A DNA stretch of 64,000 bases from Amoebidium appalachense (GCA_963693365.1 CAVNZM010000013.1:3376722-3440721), one strand, 5' to 3'. Positions 14,061 through 41,672 are shown, numbered from the stretch's first letter. The notes: generated from the letters alone by a model not told the origin. Numbers and translations: made by a program.

Positions 14061-16532
14061 ATGTCTGTTCAATCAGATCATTCGGTTCACTCCTACAAGA
14101 GCGGCGAGCGCATAGGGTGCGGCAGCGAAACCGTCAACAGCGTCAACCCCTCGCCCAATCAAATATCACCAGCTTCACCTAGTGTCGACACGATGCTTCT
14201 AGAACTCGACACCCTAGCAACCACCTACCACCAGAAGGCAATGCAGGTGGAGGCTGCGATTGGCGCACACGAAATTTCGGGCACACACGATTTAAGTTTG
14301 AGCGGGATTGCGCAACACGTGCACATTCCGGTTGCATTCCTTCAAGCACGTGGTCTCCTACAAGGCAACGGCAACCACGTGCAAAACGGTAGGTCCCAGT
14401 CGCGCGCCCGTGAAATTCCGCCGTTTGACGCAGTTCCCGAGGAAATTAGGCCATCCTTCCACATGCGCCCCCCTCCTGACCCAACAAACCAACCCCCGGC
14501 CCAACGCCTACGCTTGGACCATTCGCTTGCACCGCCCCCTCCCCCCACCCTTTTATGGCAATTTTCCTCGCGGTCACCGGTCCCCAACCAACTGCCCACC
14601 GGAGTGGAACGGAAACGGGCCGGGTCGAGGCCAATGGGCCGACCAATGGGGCGTGCCCTCTCCGCACGGCAGCCAATCAGATGCCTCCGCCAGACACCGC
14701 CACGTGAGCGAATGGGTGCCCGAGTCCGACCTGCCCAGCTCCGAAGCCTCCACGGAAAGTTCCGCGAGCATGGGAATTCCCGCATCACTGGCTGGCATGA
14801 AGGGGGTCGTGCAGTTTCGGTCACGAGCCGTGGGGAGCCAATCACCGCTCAGCGTTTCTGACAGCCAATCATTTGCCTCCACTCGACCCGCCTATGGGAA
14901 CCACGTGCCCCTCCACCCCAGACTGTCGTTTGGCTCTACGATTGACGTGACTTCAGACCCCACGTGGTTTAACAAACCAATCTCATTGGGTCTCGTGTCT
15001 ACAAACCCCGCACGGAAAAACGGGGCAGGAAAACCGACGACCAACGAAAACAACCTAACGGCGTATGTCGTCGACTACAACAACAACCGTGTGTGCCAGG
15101 TGCGACTAGACCCACTCTCCCTCTCCCGCCCAATCATCACGCTCTCCACGTCCGTGCTTCAACCTACGGCGGTATGCGCGGAACACGACGGAACAGTCTT
15201 TGTAGCGGCGGCCGACAACACGATCCGCATGCTCTGGGACGGGACGGCGATGATTCGCCAGTTTGGGTGCACGGGCACACCCGAAGGACCTTTTAACGGA
15301 ATCACCTCATTGGCGCTCATGTCAGATGACGGTTTATTGGTTGCAGATAGCGGCAACCACAGACTGGTTTGGATGAAGAGGTTGGTGCCACTCATTTCCC
15401 CCCCCCATCCCCCCCCCCCCCACCCCCTCCCCTTCCCCCCTTTCCATCCCTCCCCACCTCCCCGCCTCTCTCCTTCCAGTTCCTCTCTTCCCCTCTCCTT
15501 AGCCCCCCCGCCCCCGCCCTATCCCCTTCCTTCCCCTTCCCCTTCCCCCTTCCCCCCCCCCCCCCCCCCCCCCTCCCCTCCCTCCCCCTTCCCCCCGTGG
15601 TCCCTCTCCCTTTCACAGGTAAGCATTTGACACGGAGTCAGTAATAGAAAACGGTTTCGTTGATCTCCTCCCCTATTTTTTGGAACCCACACACTTTTTT
15701 TTTTTTTACCCATAATTCTCCTCCATCATCTGCAATAAGGCAAAACAAATTCGAAGCGCCTACCACGACACACTCTTTTTTTGTGGTTAGCCAATCGATA
15801 CTCCCCCCCCCCCCCCCCCCCTCTCCCCCTCGCTAATTCCTATTTCCCCCCCCCCACCTCCCCCCCCCCCCCCCCCCCCCCCCCCACAGGCCCCCTCACT
15901 CCTGCCTCCCCCCCTTACCCTCCCACCACAACCATCACCACCCCCCGTCACCCCCCCCTACCTCCTCGCTTCCACCCCTCCTCCCCCCCCCCCCCCCCCC
16001 CATCCCTCACCACCCCCCCCCCCCCCCCCTTCCCCCCCCCCCCCCCCCCCCCCCCCTCCCACCACCACCACCACAACCACCACCTCCCCCTTCAGCCCCC
16101 TTACCCTCCCCCCCCCCCCCCCCCCCCCTCCGCCCCCCCAAAATAAAAAAAAATAAAAGGGAAAAGAGAAATTACATGCACGTCATCCCCCGTGGAGGGT
16201 GATGCAATGGGGTAGGCATAAGATGGGAGAGACCAGAAGGATATCGCAACAAGAGATGGACAAGCACGGTCAAAAAGGCTTTCAGGGGTGGTGATGGCGT
16301 GGCCGGGACATCAGTACTAACCTCCCCCCCCTCCCCCCTCCCCCCTCTCCCCCTCCCTTCCCCACGGGAAAAAAACCAATCCCCTCTCCTTTCCCTCCCC
16401 CCCCCCCCCCCCCCCCCCCCCCACCACCACCACCACACACACACACACCCCGCACCTCTAACCCCACCTCATCCACATCTACATGCACACAGCTGCCAAA
16501 ACACGCACACACACACGCACACACACACACAT

Positions 16533-16625
<93 letters not shown>

Positions 16626-17057
16626 TCTGGCACCGTGCACTCTGTCATCCCCCTGCCCTATGCCCCTCACGGGTTGGCTGTGGGCGACGGCAAGGCCTTT
16701 GTCACGTGCAGCAAAGAAAGCGTCCTATTGGTTGTCAGCCTGGAAAACAGCAAGGTGATTGGCTCGTGGGGCGGGCCGGGTTCCGAGCCGGGCCAGTTCC
16801 ACCGACCAAAAGGGGTCTTTGTCGACATGGGAAGGCAGATTGTTCTGGTGGCGGACTGCGGGAACAGCCGGGTGCAAGTTTTTGGACTGGCGGGAAATTT
16901 CATTGCCGAGATGGGAACAGCCAACGATAAGCAGCCGACGAGGGTTGGGCAGCCAATGGATGTCGTGTGTGTGGGAAGTGGGCGCATGGCACGTGTCTAC
17001 GTGGCAGATGCGGCAAGCAACAAGCTCCCTTGCATTTTTCTGCCCGCCCTGCCTTAA
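14061..17057 (+). CDS. NHL-repeat (beta-propeller) protein with disordered N-terminus; exons about 14061-15380 and 16625-17057; apparent +1 frameshift near 14541-14546
   Basis: NHL blades: FNKPISLGL..YVVDYNNNRV, QFGCTGTPEGPFNGITSLAL..LLVADSGNHRL, WGGPGSEPGQFHRPKGVFVD..VADCGNSRVQVF, GQPMDV..VYVADAASNK. Junction AG|GTTGGT..ACACAG|A restores Arg in frame. The start could be 13986 or 14061. Confidence 0.8.
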
Positions 17058-17128
17058 AACGGGAAGGTCCCTGTGGAGTTTTTTTTAATTATTATTAATA
17101 TTATTATTATTAATGTTATTATTATTAT

Positions 17129-17171
<43 letters not shown>

Positions 17172-17517
17172 GGGGGGGGGGGGGGGGGGGGGGCTGGGAA
17201 GGCATACGGTGTGGTCCAAACCGATCTGTTGTTTTGACCAGCGGTTTTGTCTCTCAGATTTATGTAGCGAGGGGAGATCACTTGGTAGTGGCGAACAGTT
17301 GCATTTTTTTGTAATTCCTTTTTTAGTGTACAGCTGCCGTCGTGGCAATGATCAGATGAAGATATCACAAGTTGATGTGAGACTCGGTTCGAGAATGATT
17401 TTGTTTCAGTTTCGGTTGACACTTGCAGGGTTTATGCTGCTGATATTTCCTGCGCCTAATTTATTCTTTTGCCAACCCAGCGGAAACACCATATATAAAA
17501 CAGCACACAGTACACAC

Positions 17518-17618
<101 letters not shown>

Positions 17619-18133
17619 TGTATCATACACCACGCTTGCGGCCGACACACAGATCTATCAGTATGAAACATTAACACAGATATATACACATTGACATTCT
17701 CACACACACACCTGCTTTTCCTGTGTATCTTTTTTTTTCTTTTTGTTTTCCTTTTTTGAACAACCTAGGCCCCTTAGGCTTGAATGGCTTACATATAGGC
17801 GGAATTTTTTGTATGTGATTCATGTTTAAGAGTAAGAAGACAGTTCTTTAATTGATTCATGACTGTTGATACTTAGCAGTGTGCGAAGATATTTTTATTG
17901 ATCACAGGCCTTGCTCCGGCCGGCAGTTGTGTTGTAATTTGAAAAAGCGTACAAAACTGCAATGTTGATTTTTTTTTTGGGCCCCCCAAAAAACGTGGCC
18001 CCATGAACTCCAAGGGAAGTAAACAGTGACGTGCAACAATCCCCTGTTGCGCATGCAAAGCCGTTAATTGGCATGCGCAGGCCCCTGGAATGTTTACGAT
18101 TTAGTAAAAAGCACGTCCCAGTGCCCCCCCCCC

Positions 18134-18164
<31 letters not shown>

Positions 18165-18456
18165 ACCACCAAATCCCCTCATCTCCGATTCCCAATTGCG
18201 AACACGCATACACTCCCCCCTCCCCACATCCCCCCCCCCCAAATCCCCTCAACTTCAATTCCCAAACACGCATACTCCCCCCCCCCCTCCCCACCCCAAC
18301 ACACACACACACAAAAGGGCACACACATGCACACACACACGCACAAGCATACATATGCTAACAAACACACACACACGTGCGTGCCCACACGTACGGGCAT
18401 GCACATGCACATGCACACACATACATACTAGCGTGTGGGTCCGCGCGCGCGCGGCT

Positions 18457-18504
<48 letters not shown>

Positions 18505-19096
18505 CCAGACTTATTTACACACATATGCACAAAGCAACACACAACCCAAAAATAAAACACACAGCAGCCGTTGCCGTTGAACTCTTGGTTGAGGTGTGTT
18601 TATTTTATTGTGACCCCAGCCACTCATACCAAACACAATACACATGCCATGCTGCATACAACCAAAACAAAAAACAAACAAAAAGGCAAAAAAAACAAAA
18701 AATCAAACTCCCAGTTTGATTACTGATTACTGAGTAATTATGTTGATGTGGTTCTGGTTTAAGGTGCAAGGCTTCTACCTCTGCTAGCACGCACCACAAA
18801 AACGATTATTTTTGTTACCAAAACACAGATATTTTTGCGTTATCATTGTTCGTCTGCAATGACAAAGGTATGTTCATCATATCGATGCAACCATTTGGAC
18901 CTGTATACGGAATCACAACTGCGTGAGCAATAGCAGATCCCCAAAAGCACCCAAACTCAATAACACGGATAGTGCACCGCTAAAGATTTTTCACTGTGTG
19001 TATGGGTTATAAACCACATGCACATAGACTAAATTTATGCGTCAATGGTTTAATTTTAAACGAGAGATCTAATTGGCTGTTACCAGTCCAGGTAGG

Positions 19097-32084
<12,988 letters not shown>

Positions 32085-32348
32085 CTTCGCCTGTTGTAAA
32101 GGTTTTCGTGTTCCTGTGTGTGTAAGTGTGCTGCGTTGTGTCCGCTCGAGAGCTCGCTTCCTTTTCTATCCAGTCGTGCTACCTACAGTAGCGCTTTATG
32201 CCGTTTCTTTTTATGCGCTTTACTTAATATAAATAGACTAGTAGTTTTGTAATAGGGGTTTTAGCTCACAGCTACCGTGTCAGACGTCTGTGTGTGACGA
32301 ATGAACTGACGACTGATGCTGCGGCGCGCTTGTGTGCACAAGTGGATC

Positions 32349-32397
32349 AACGGAAATTTGAGATTGGCGCCAAAACAAGATTCAATGATCTGATTGG
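32349..32397 (-). promoter_or_regulatory. NUF2 promoter: E2F site, two CCAAT boxes, MYB/CHR-like motif
   Basis: TTTTGGCGCCAA (minus strand of 32364-32375); ATTGG at about 32363 and 32393; AACGG-AAA-TTTGAG 32349-32362; all about 300 bp upstream of the ATG. Confidence 0.55.
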
Positions 32398-33367
32398 CTG
32401 TGGGAATGGCATGCGTATCTGAACTTCCTGAAGGTGAGATCTGCGGCTTCGATTCTCGAGCGAGAATGAGGACAGAAAAAGTGCAATAAGGTGGAGAGAT
32501 ATTATACATATGGTGACTTTTGTGAGTTACTTTGCTTTTTTTTAACTACAAGACCAAGGGTATATCAAGTTGACAATGAGATTCTGAATAATGGTTGCTT
32601 GGGATGACTGCCTCTGATTGGTTGAAAACTCACCATGAGCACAGAATGGCTATGACTTTGGTATTTACGGGAAGTGAGCCTAATAGTAAATGTAATTTTG
32701 AAATAGAGATGTTCGATCACCAAAAAAGTTTTTGGCGAATTCTTTTTTTTTTTTTTTGACTCGGGTGTATTGATCCGTTGATGAAGGCAACGTGCAGCCA
32801 CTTTTTCTTGTGTTGACTTCTTCCGGCACAGTACACCAAAATAAGATATCATCGAAATCCATATACACGCTGTTTAATCATTTATTAAATCACAATGTCT
32901 ACCACAAGCACGTTTTGCATGCATAAATATAGCTTGGTAACCAAAATTACGTGGCATGGCGGCACCCTCTAATGTTGATGTACACTACAGTGGAGGTCCA
33001 TGAGGTTTTTTGAAACCAATTTATCGTAATTTCACATTTTAACCCCGTTAAACCAAATCGCATGCCATTCCATTCCTACCAGGCTACGCGTGGCGATTCG
33101 AACGGTCATGCAGTCAGTCTTCGAGAGTCAGAGCTGAGAGACAAGCCTGAACGCGTGAACATGGGGAGTGATGCTTGATAAAAGTCGGATCTCAAGCGTG
33201 AAGATGACAAAAATGCAGAAGCCTTTATCTATATCTGCATACTGAAGCTTAATTTCTCTCTGAAAAAGTTCCCTAGACCTACCCAGGCACTGCTATCTTC
33301 TCTTTGCTTGTACACTCGGAGATCACATAAATCTGTTCCTACCACCGCAACACAGAAGCACCCAAAA

Positions 33368-35246
33368 ATGACCACCACATCGTCTTTAGGAACCCAAACT
33401 GCATTGACAACCAGGAAAACACCCACCCAAAGGGTATGTTGCTTTATCAACAACTTTCTGCCACCCCCTCACCGAAAAATTACCCAGTGTTTCGGCAAGA
33501 TTGTGTACTGGGATGGGTTGGTTTGCTATGATCACCCTTCTCCAGCCGAACCACTTGAGATTTCTTGATTGTACCAAAACCCATTGTTTTTGAAACAAGT
33601 CCATAGCTGTCTTCCACATATAGTGTTCATATTGAACTGGCAAGTTAAATTCACAGTAACACATCATAATCACCAGGCCCCTAACACACTTACCCAACAC
33701 CCAGGTTACTCCCCTTCTTCTGCTTGCCGTATTTACCGCCGGGCTGCAGTCTTTTAATTTCGGCTACAACCTTGGGGCGATCGGTAACTCGCAGGAAGCC
33801 GTGTCTTTGTGGTTTATGGAACATGGGGCACCAATCACAGATGCAAACTGGGCGCTGATTGTGGGCATTCTTCCCTTTGGTGGTATCCTTGGAGGCGCAA
33901 TTGGCGGCCCGGTTTCGACACTTTTCGGCCCCAAAAGGGCCCAGATGGTCAACGACATGACCTTCGTTATCGGTGGTATCCTCATGCTCACGACACGAAA
34001 CATTGCCATGCTGTGTGCAGGCCGGTTCTTGGTGGGTATCGGGTCGGGTCTTTCATGTGCTGCAGTGCCCATGTACGTTTCCGACATTTCACCCACACAT
34101 GTGCGTGGTGCTTTTGGGGTGACCCACCAGCTATTCATCAACATCGGCCTTCTCTCGGGATATATTTTGAGCATGCAGGCCGTGATGGGTACCGTTGCCC
34201 TGTGGCGCTACCTCTACGGCCTCACCCTTCTGTTCGGTATTCTTCAGGCGGTCATGTTGTCTTTCCTCCCTGACTCCCCCCGCTACCTTTCAAACAAGGG
34301 CAAGTATACGGAGGCGGTTCTGGCTCTGCAGAGACTAAGAGGCACCCAGGACGTACACGACGAACTGCCGGCATCTGTTCCTTTCCAGAAGCAACAAGAA
34401 ACCACCACGGCACAGGATTCGATTCGGGTCGGGTCGGAGTTGGCCGGGTCAGGTGATATCTCCGGGGAGGTTCAGGTTGTGACGACAGCGGAGGACTCGA
34501 CGCTTCCGAAAGAACCCAAACAAAAGAAACAGGCGCCCCAATTGAAGTTGGCGGAGACTGTGTCTGCTGACGGGTCAAAGAGCGCACACGGGTCGGAAGT
34601 TTCGCTTGCGAGTCAGGCCCGGTTGTTGTTTACGGCCCGAAACTTCCGCACTCCTGTTTTGGCTACGGTGGGTCTGCAGTTGTTCCAGCAGCTGAGCGGC
34701 ATCAACGGTATATCGTTTTATTCGAGTTCTATTTTTGAGTCGGCGGGTATGACAAACTCTGAGCTCGGCACGGTGTTGGTAGGAGTGGTGAATCTTGTCG
34801 CTATCCTGCCGGCAATACCTTTGATGGAGAGGGCTGGGAGGAAGCCACTCATGCTCGTGAGCCTGTTTGGCATGGCCGTGTGCCTGCTTTTCCTGGGCGT
34901 GGGCATCAAGCTGCAGGATAACCAAATTTGGGCAAATGCGGCGGTTGCCTTTGCCCTAATGGACGTTGCGGCTTTTGCTGTCGGGAGCGGGCCAATCCCG
35001 TGGCTCGTAATGGCAGAGATATTTCCCACCCACGTGGCGTCGGCGGCGGTCGGGGTTAATGTTTTGGTGAACTGGACGGCATCATCTCTCGTTGGGCTGT
35101 TTTTCCCCGCAATGCAAGACGCCATGGGTGCGTATGTATTTTTCCTATTCTCGGCGGTGTGCGTTGCGGGAGGGATTTTCGTGTTAAAGGTTGTCCCTGA
35201 GACTAGGGGGAAGACGAGAGAGGAGATTGATGCTATGTTTTTGTAA
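33368..35246 (+). CDS. MFS sugar-porter (GLUT/SLC2-like) hexose transporter; exons 33368-33433 and 33705-35246; about 535 aa
   Basis: Motifs LAVFTAGLQSFNFGYNLG, GRFLVGIGSG, PMYVSDISPTHVRGAFG, PDSPRYL, QQLSGINGISFYS, ERAGRK, GPIPW, AEIFP, PETRGK. Intron AGG|GTATGT..CTAAC..CCAG|GTT is phase 0 and supplies TM1, which the ORF track misses. Confidence 0.93.
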
Positions 35247-35560
35247 CTATTAGACGTGTAGGTGGGGTCTATAGTTGGTGTTTCTGTTGGAGTGCAGTAT
35301 GAATGGTTGTCTTTGATGTCGCTTTAGTCTTTTGTACCTGCACTTATAACGGATGTAGGTACTTTGCTTTTATGAATTGCATATGTGTGAATTGCTACGG
35401 TATACTATGATGCGCCAATGACCTGCCTGCATAAGCACCACACGAACAAAGACACACATTCCACTTAGACACACGGAGTTTGCTTAGTCACTGATCTCGT
35501 TTTCACCATGGCACGCTGGCACCCACCCGTTACACACGTACACACTCCACACAGACACCA

Positions 35561-35646
<86 letters not shown>

Positions 35647-36084
35647 ACACACACACTACAAGAAGACACTGCAAAAATATAGATACAGTGCAGTGCTGGT
35701 TTGTTGTAGAGCACGTGGATGTGTATGATATGAATTATCCTTGTTTTGCAGCAGATTTAATGGATATATTTATGCCAGTCCTAGATATGTAGCAGATACC
35801 CGAGTTCGGCTCGGATTCAGCCAACCACGCTTGAATGCTGGTTCAGACAACTATTATGCTACATGCATGGTATTGTGAATGTATAAAGTTTTCAATGAAA
35901 TTAAATCATCAGTGGTGCACACAGGGCAAAATGTACGTTGTTATTGTTCTAATGATTGTCCACACAAACAGTTTCAGAATGTGTCTGTACCGTTTAGATG
36001 AGAATAAGAGAGACTAATATATCATAATTTTTGAAAGCTGATGGGTCAAAGGAAACACTGCGGTGCAGTTAGAACGCTTAAGTG

Positions 36085-36255
<171 letters not shown>

Positions 36256-36498
36256 CACAGTGTGTGTGTGTTGCAATTGGTGGTGGTCCAGTAGTGGTGG
36301 TGGTGATGATTGTGTGGGTGGGAGAGTGGGGGGGGGGGTTGCAAGCGCTGCACTTGACTTTTTTTTCGTTTATCTTCGGTGCTCAGATTGGGCAGAATTT
36401 CGGAATTACTCGAGTTCTCAGAAAGATGGTTTCAAATGTTGTGCAAGTGACAATCAGGGTGCTACACAATGTCGACTCAAGTTAGGGGTCGACGCGGG

Positions 36499-36545
<47 letters not shown>

Positions 36546-37093
36546 TGCACGTGTATACGTGTGCAAGGCAGCGCCGGCCCTAGCCCATATATGATGATAC
36601 CATGAGGTGTACGTATACGTCATGTTCTCTCGACTAATGTGTGGCCGACGGTGATATGATGCATATGTATGCTTATTGGGGCTATTTATTTGCACCACTC
36701 AATCAGTAAATCAGCAGGGTGAGATATGGGAAGAGACCCAGCCTGCTTTGAGTATGTACATGATGCCGAAAGCTGAGCTGGGCCATATCAAGTCTAGACA
36801 AAGAATTTGCCATATAGTATTTTTTGTGTTCGATACTTTGGGCACTGCAGTGACTTACACATTCAACAAAGAAGTAACGATTAAATAAATTTAGCATGTG
36901 ATGAGACATTTGGTTATTCTATGTACACTAAGACCTTAAGTTACAATTTTGAGGTGTAAAGCTACGGTATTGTAAAGATCATCGGTGATCGAACTTTAAG
37001 TATATAGCCATATGATACTGTGTGCATTCAGAACAGAGGTTTTTAGTCACAATGGAGGCGGTGCTAACACACGAATGCGATCAGTAATAAGTG

Positions 37094-37232
37094 ACAAGAA
37101 AGGGTCAGGAGAACACAAAACTCATGCAAGAAAGGGTCAGGAGAACACAAAACTCATGGAAGCCTTGTTAAGGAGAACACAAAACTCATGCAAGAAAGGG
37201 TCAGGAGAACACAAAACTCATGGAAGCCTTGT
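37094..37232. repeat. Tandem repeat CAAGAAAGGGTCAGGAGAACACAAAACTCATG, with variants
   Basis: Four copies of GGAGAACACAAAACTCATG with two alternating spacers. Confidence 0.9.
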
Positions 37233-37286
37233 TAAGTTCAAGTCTAGGGGGCCAAAGAATATTTTGGGGGGCCGGGCAGGCGGGGG

Positions 37287-37340
<54 letters not shown>

Positions 37341-37696
37341 TGGAACTTCATCATTCGCAAAAAAAAAAAACAAACAAAAAAAAAAACAAAAAAAACGAAC
37401 GGATCCTTTTTTGCTATATGGCTCTACGATCATGTGACACGTTCATGTGACACGTTGCTTTTCAATCATGTTGCAATACTCAATTATTCGCCATATGAAC
37501 TTACCGTTTAGGCCATCTCATTCCTCAGTAACCCGAAAAACCCCTCGGTCGCACCCACCATTGCTTGTCTACAACGGATCATCACACCATTCGCACACAT
37601 ATCTCACAGCACACTCAAAGTGACGGTAAACGCCTTAAAGAGGCCAGAAAAAACAAGAAAAAAATTTCCATGCGTCAATCAGGATCTTCTCATCAA

Positions 37697-38158
37697 TCAC
37701 CAAACACATGCTGCCGATTCCTGTTCTAGCTCCATAAGAGCCTCCTCCGTCAGTCCCTCTCCCAGGCTCAGCTCACTCGATGACCTCGTACGCTGCAACG
37801 TCAAACCGTTACCATCCTTGTGCCTACACAATCCCTCCGGTGCCTCGGGGCCCCACACGTCAAAACATACCACACACAGTGTGTCTGTGATTTGTGGCAA
37901 CGATGTGTAGCAGGTATCGACACTTCCCCTTCGTGCTGGTGTGGTCGTGTTCCATGTGTCAAACATCAGATCGCTCCCTGTTTCGGATATGGGTGGGAGA
38001 ATAGAGGCAACTGAACCGGCTGAGCTACTCGAGCTTGTAGAGCCGGAGCGACTTCGTGCTGTTTTGCTGGCAGTGATTGTCGAAGGGCTAGTTTTGGTTC
38101 GGCGAAGGGCTTGGGACAACCCTAGTTTGCGCATGAGTCCCAGGTCAGGCGTCTTCAT
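37697..38158 (-). CDS. Small Ser/Thr-rich hypothetical protein, 153 aa, single exon
   Basis: Repeat-free unique sequence with A-rich ATG context (CACAATG). Protein-like composition with RRGS/RTRSSS basic phospho-motifs and CVVC..C.H. No family recognised. Confidence 0.55.
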   Translation of the reverse strand: MKTPDLGLMRKLGLSQALRRTKTSPSTITASKTARSRSGSTSSSSSAGSVASILPPISETGSDLMFDTWNTTTPARRGSVDTCYTSLPQITDTLCVVCFDVWGPEAPEGLCRHKDGNGLTLQRTRSSSELSLGEGLTEEALMELEQESAACVW

Positions 38159-39207
38159 TGTGATTGTGGTGAATGTTCAAACAGAACACTGTGACGGGCG
38201 ACAGTCGACGCAGGTGGAATTGTTTAGCATTGATTTTCTTTATTTGTAGTTTATGGCCTGTGATGTTCTTAGTGGTGTGTGATGATCGACTGTGATCGAC
38301 TGTGAACAGATTTGTGGGTGATGCAATGATCGAGTCCGAGTTCATGAAGCCTATCTAGCTACACGGGAGGATAAGGTATGCTCCTTTCGAACAGAACTAG
38401 AAGGCCAGTAAGGTAGTACCCAATTGGTTTTCAATGCATTTCCCCGGTCTACTTTTACAATGAATACGCCACAAAACCCACAACACACAAAGGCGGGCTG
38501 CAGCTGCGGCAACCCTTTGTGACCAAAACCGTTCTGAGCCTGGGGTGCTTTGTCCCGCGGAGCATAGCGGTGCGTCCTCGATACTGTAACAACTTCATGA
38601 TCGCAGCATAACTGTTCCTGCCAAAACAAAGGCCTGATCATTCAAATGCCGACAAACTAAATTCTATTCTTGTCCATATGGCATATAAAATCTATAAAAA
38701 AGAAATTAAGCACTTTTATTAAAAGCACTTATTTATTTTATTATTATTATTTTAGTGTTTTGAGTGTGCCACAAATGGCCCGCAAATTCACACATTTTGT
38801 ATTTGACCCTTCGATAGAGAATTAGAGGTTGTGTTTGTGTCGCGACACTAACGAGGAATGTGTTCCATAAACACATTCCACAGCAAGTGGGAGCCAATTA
38901 GAAAGACAAATAGCGGCGCACGAAAGCAAATTCTTTCCGCACGTTATTTCGATTGGTGTTCTTATTCTCCCCTGAGCACCCTGAGAAACCTTTGAAACCC
39001 CCAACCAAGTCAGGTTGAACCTCAGAGATGTGCCACTGCGTCGTGTGACGCCCGGTTGGCTTAGTCGTCTGGTATTGATATCCAGGTATGTTAGTAGAAG
39101 AAATTGAAAATATTCTGAAGCGTTGATGTTTCCGCATTATTTCCTCTCCGAAACTTAATTACCTCTGTATGCTAGGTTGCCCATGCATTTATACATATAT
39201 ATGCACA

Positions 39208-39254
<47 letters not shown>

Positions 39255-39883
39255 ACGCATAAAACAAACCGATTAAAACCTACTGGTATGTCACAATAAG
39301 CAAATTAATATTTCCATTCTATCCTATTAATGTAACTATACATATACAAACAAGTGTTCCTTCGGCCTTTCACAACTACAAATCTATTCAAATTTCGAAG
39401 GCAACAGGTTTTTCTGATTAAATTTTAGAAATGCTTTTAGCCCCCCTTCGTCCTCACGATCCAGGAGGTATGCTGATAAAACCGCGCACTGTCGCCGATT
39501 GGATGAACATGTAGAGCCAATTATATTGCGCAACCATCTGAGCCTGCCAATCGCAGCGTTGCTTGGAATCTGAGATTCTGAACCTGGCCGGCCACGTGCA
39601 TGTGCTCAGTCTGTGTATGTACACGTGCACCGTGCATCGATATCATGCGCGCGCGCATTGCAAGCATCATGCACAAACCGTTCATACCTCACACGTACTG
39701 ACGGTGTGCACATAGTGATCGAGTGAAACACCTAGGAGTATAGCACCATCCAGTAGTATTGTGAGGTTATAACAGGGTTTAAAACAAAGAGGTGTCTCTT
39801 TTCTAAGGCCTAGGAGCCATCTCAGTAGGTGGCAGCGTTCATGCACACACACATGTACACGCCGCACACAAACACAAACACAC

Positions 39884-39959
<76 letters not shown>

Positions 39960-40635
39960 ATACACACGCACGCACGCACGCACACGTACACGCACACGCA
40001 CACGCACACGCACACGCACACGCACACGCACACGCACGCGTGTACACGCACACACGTACACAAACACACACTAACACATACACACACACGTACACACACG
40101 CGTGTACACACACACACACACACACACGGTTCCACCGTGGCGCAATAATACACACCGTGGATCTAGACGCACACACCTCACACACAACACGCATGTACAA
40201 ATGCATCTTCTGACAGGCACGTGCACCCACACATGTCCACGCACACGCACACGCACACACCGTGCACGTGACACACACACGCATAAAGATAGACACACAC
40301 ACACACACACGTGCATACTCACACACACAAACAGGCAGCGCGATATGGCTGGCCAGGGGTTGGTGTACGTGGCGATGCGGACATACTACACATACGTACG
40401 CGTACACCTTCCAGGGCCTCATATATTTCAGTCTCTCACTCATGCTAGCTGCAGGGTCATGCGAATACATATTGTTATATTCCCGTCGAGCAAGCCGCAT
40501 GCCCCTCCCCCCCCCCCTCTCCCCCCCCCCCCCCCCCCCCCCCCCCCCCACCCACCCACCCCACCCCCACCCCACCCCCCCACTCCCCTCCCCCTCTCCT
40601 GTTCCCCCAATTGCAAATTAAACCAACACGCACAC

Positions 40636-40676
<41 letters not shown>

Positions 40677-40723
40677 ACGCACACACGCACACGCACACAC
40701 ACACACACACACAAACACACAAA

Positions 40724-40785
<62 letters not shown>

Positions 40786-41011
40786 GTGGCACACACAAGA
40801 AAAAGGAACGTGCACCACACCACACGGCCACACCACACCACACGACACCACCGCCAACATTACCACGACTACTACCACCATAGTACCATGATTTCCATTA
40901 TCAGAGATCTGGCGCAGAGACACACACTCGCCAACGGCTCCACAATTCGTACGCGTGCACATACACGTGCACTCACCCTCCTCCCCCCCCCCCCCCCCCC
41001 CCCCCGCCCCA

Positions 41012-41672
41012 TTTTTTAATTATTTTTTATTTTTTTTAAAATTTATCCCGTTTCACTCCCGGAGGCACTGCCTAAGGGGAGCTAACGTCTTCCACAGTAG
41101 AGACACGATTGTGCTCTCTACATAGTGCAACTCACAGGGGCTCACCTATTCTAGCGGGAGTGGTGTTTGGTATACGTAACAAGAGAGCATCGGGATATTC
41201 CTTCCTACGTATACCACCACCAGCATAATCACCGAAGTCTATTAAATCATCAACAATAAAGTTAGTGCATGTATCTAGTACGAGATGTGAATCTGGTCTG
41301 GCTTGTGCAGATTCTAATAGGCGCATATGTATAGGGTGTTTCGTTGCATAGCATACACATACATCAAATTTACCCCACTGTGAATTGCTGGGATAGACGG
41401 AGGCGAAAGGTGGGAGGAGGAGGAGGGAGCAGATCAAGGGAGATCTTAGGTAGGAAAAGGATAAGAGAGGGGTCAGATGACCTAGAGAGGTTAGGAGGGA
41501 GAGCTCGAGAGAGTTTTGACATGATTGATGGCCAAAAGGCCACTCCCCAGTCGGTGTTGCGGGCATGGGATATTTGAGGGAACCGCAAAGTGTGACTTTG
41601 GACATACCTTGCTAAAGGGATAACGCGCTCCGGGGGCTTAGATGGGTACCCGCACTCACTTGCAGTGTGTCT
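41012..41672 (-). mobile_element. Decayed, 5'-truncated LINE (L1/Tx1-like) fragment
   Basis: A broken minus frame reads RHTASEC...W...TVG*I*CMCMLCNE, resembling the H-x4-C knuckle end and W-x2-W-x2-RN motif at LINE ORF2 C-termini. The 3' end is AAGACGTTAGCTCCCCTT-AGGCA-g-TGCCT-CCGGGAGTGAAACGGGATAAA plus an A-rich tail. The 5' side abuts a (TA)n tract. Confidence 0.55.

Noticed and set aside
33080-33125. GTTCGAATC B-box-like motif on the minus strand (tRNA?)
   Set aside because: The flanks cannot form a T-stem or cloverleaf.
41132-41605. 157-aa minus ORF as a host gene
   Set aside because: Lies within the decayed LINE-like fragment; the retroelement-like motifs are in a different, broken frame.
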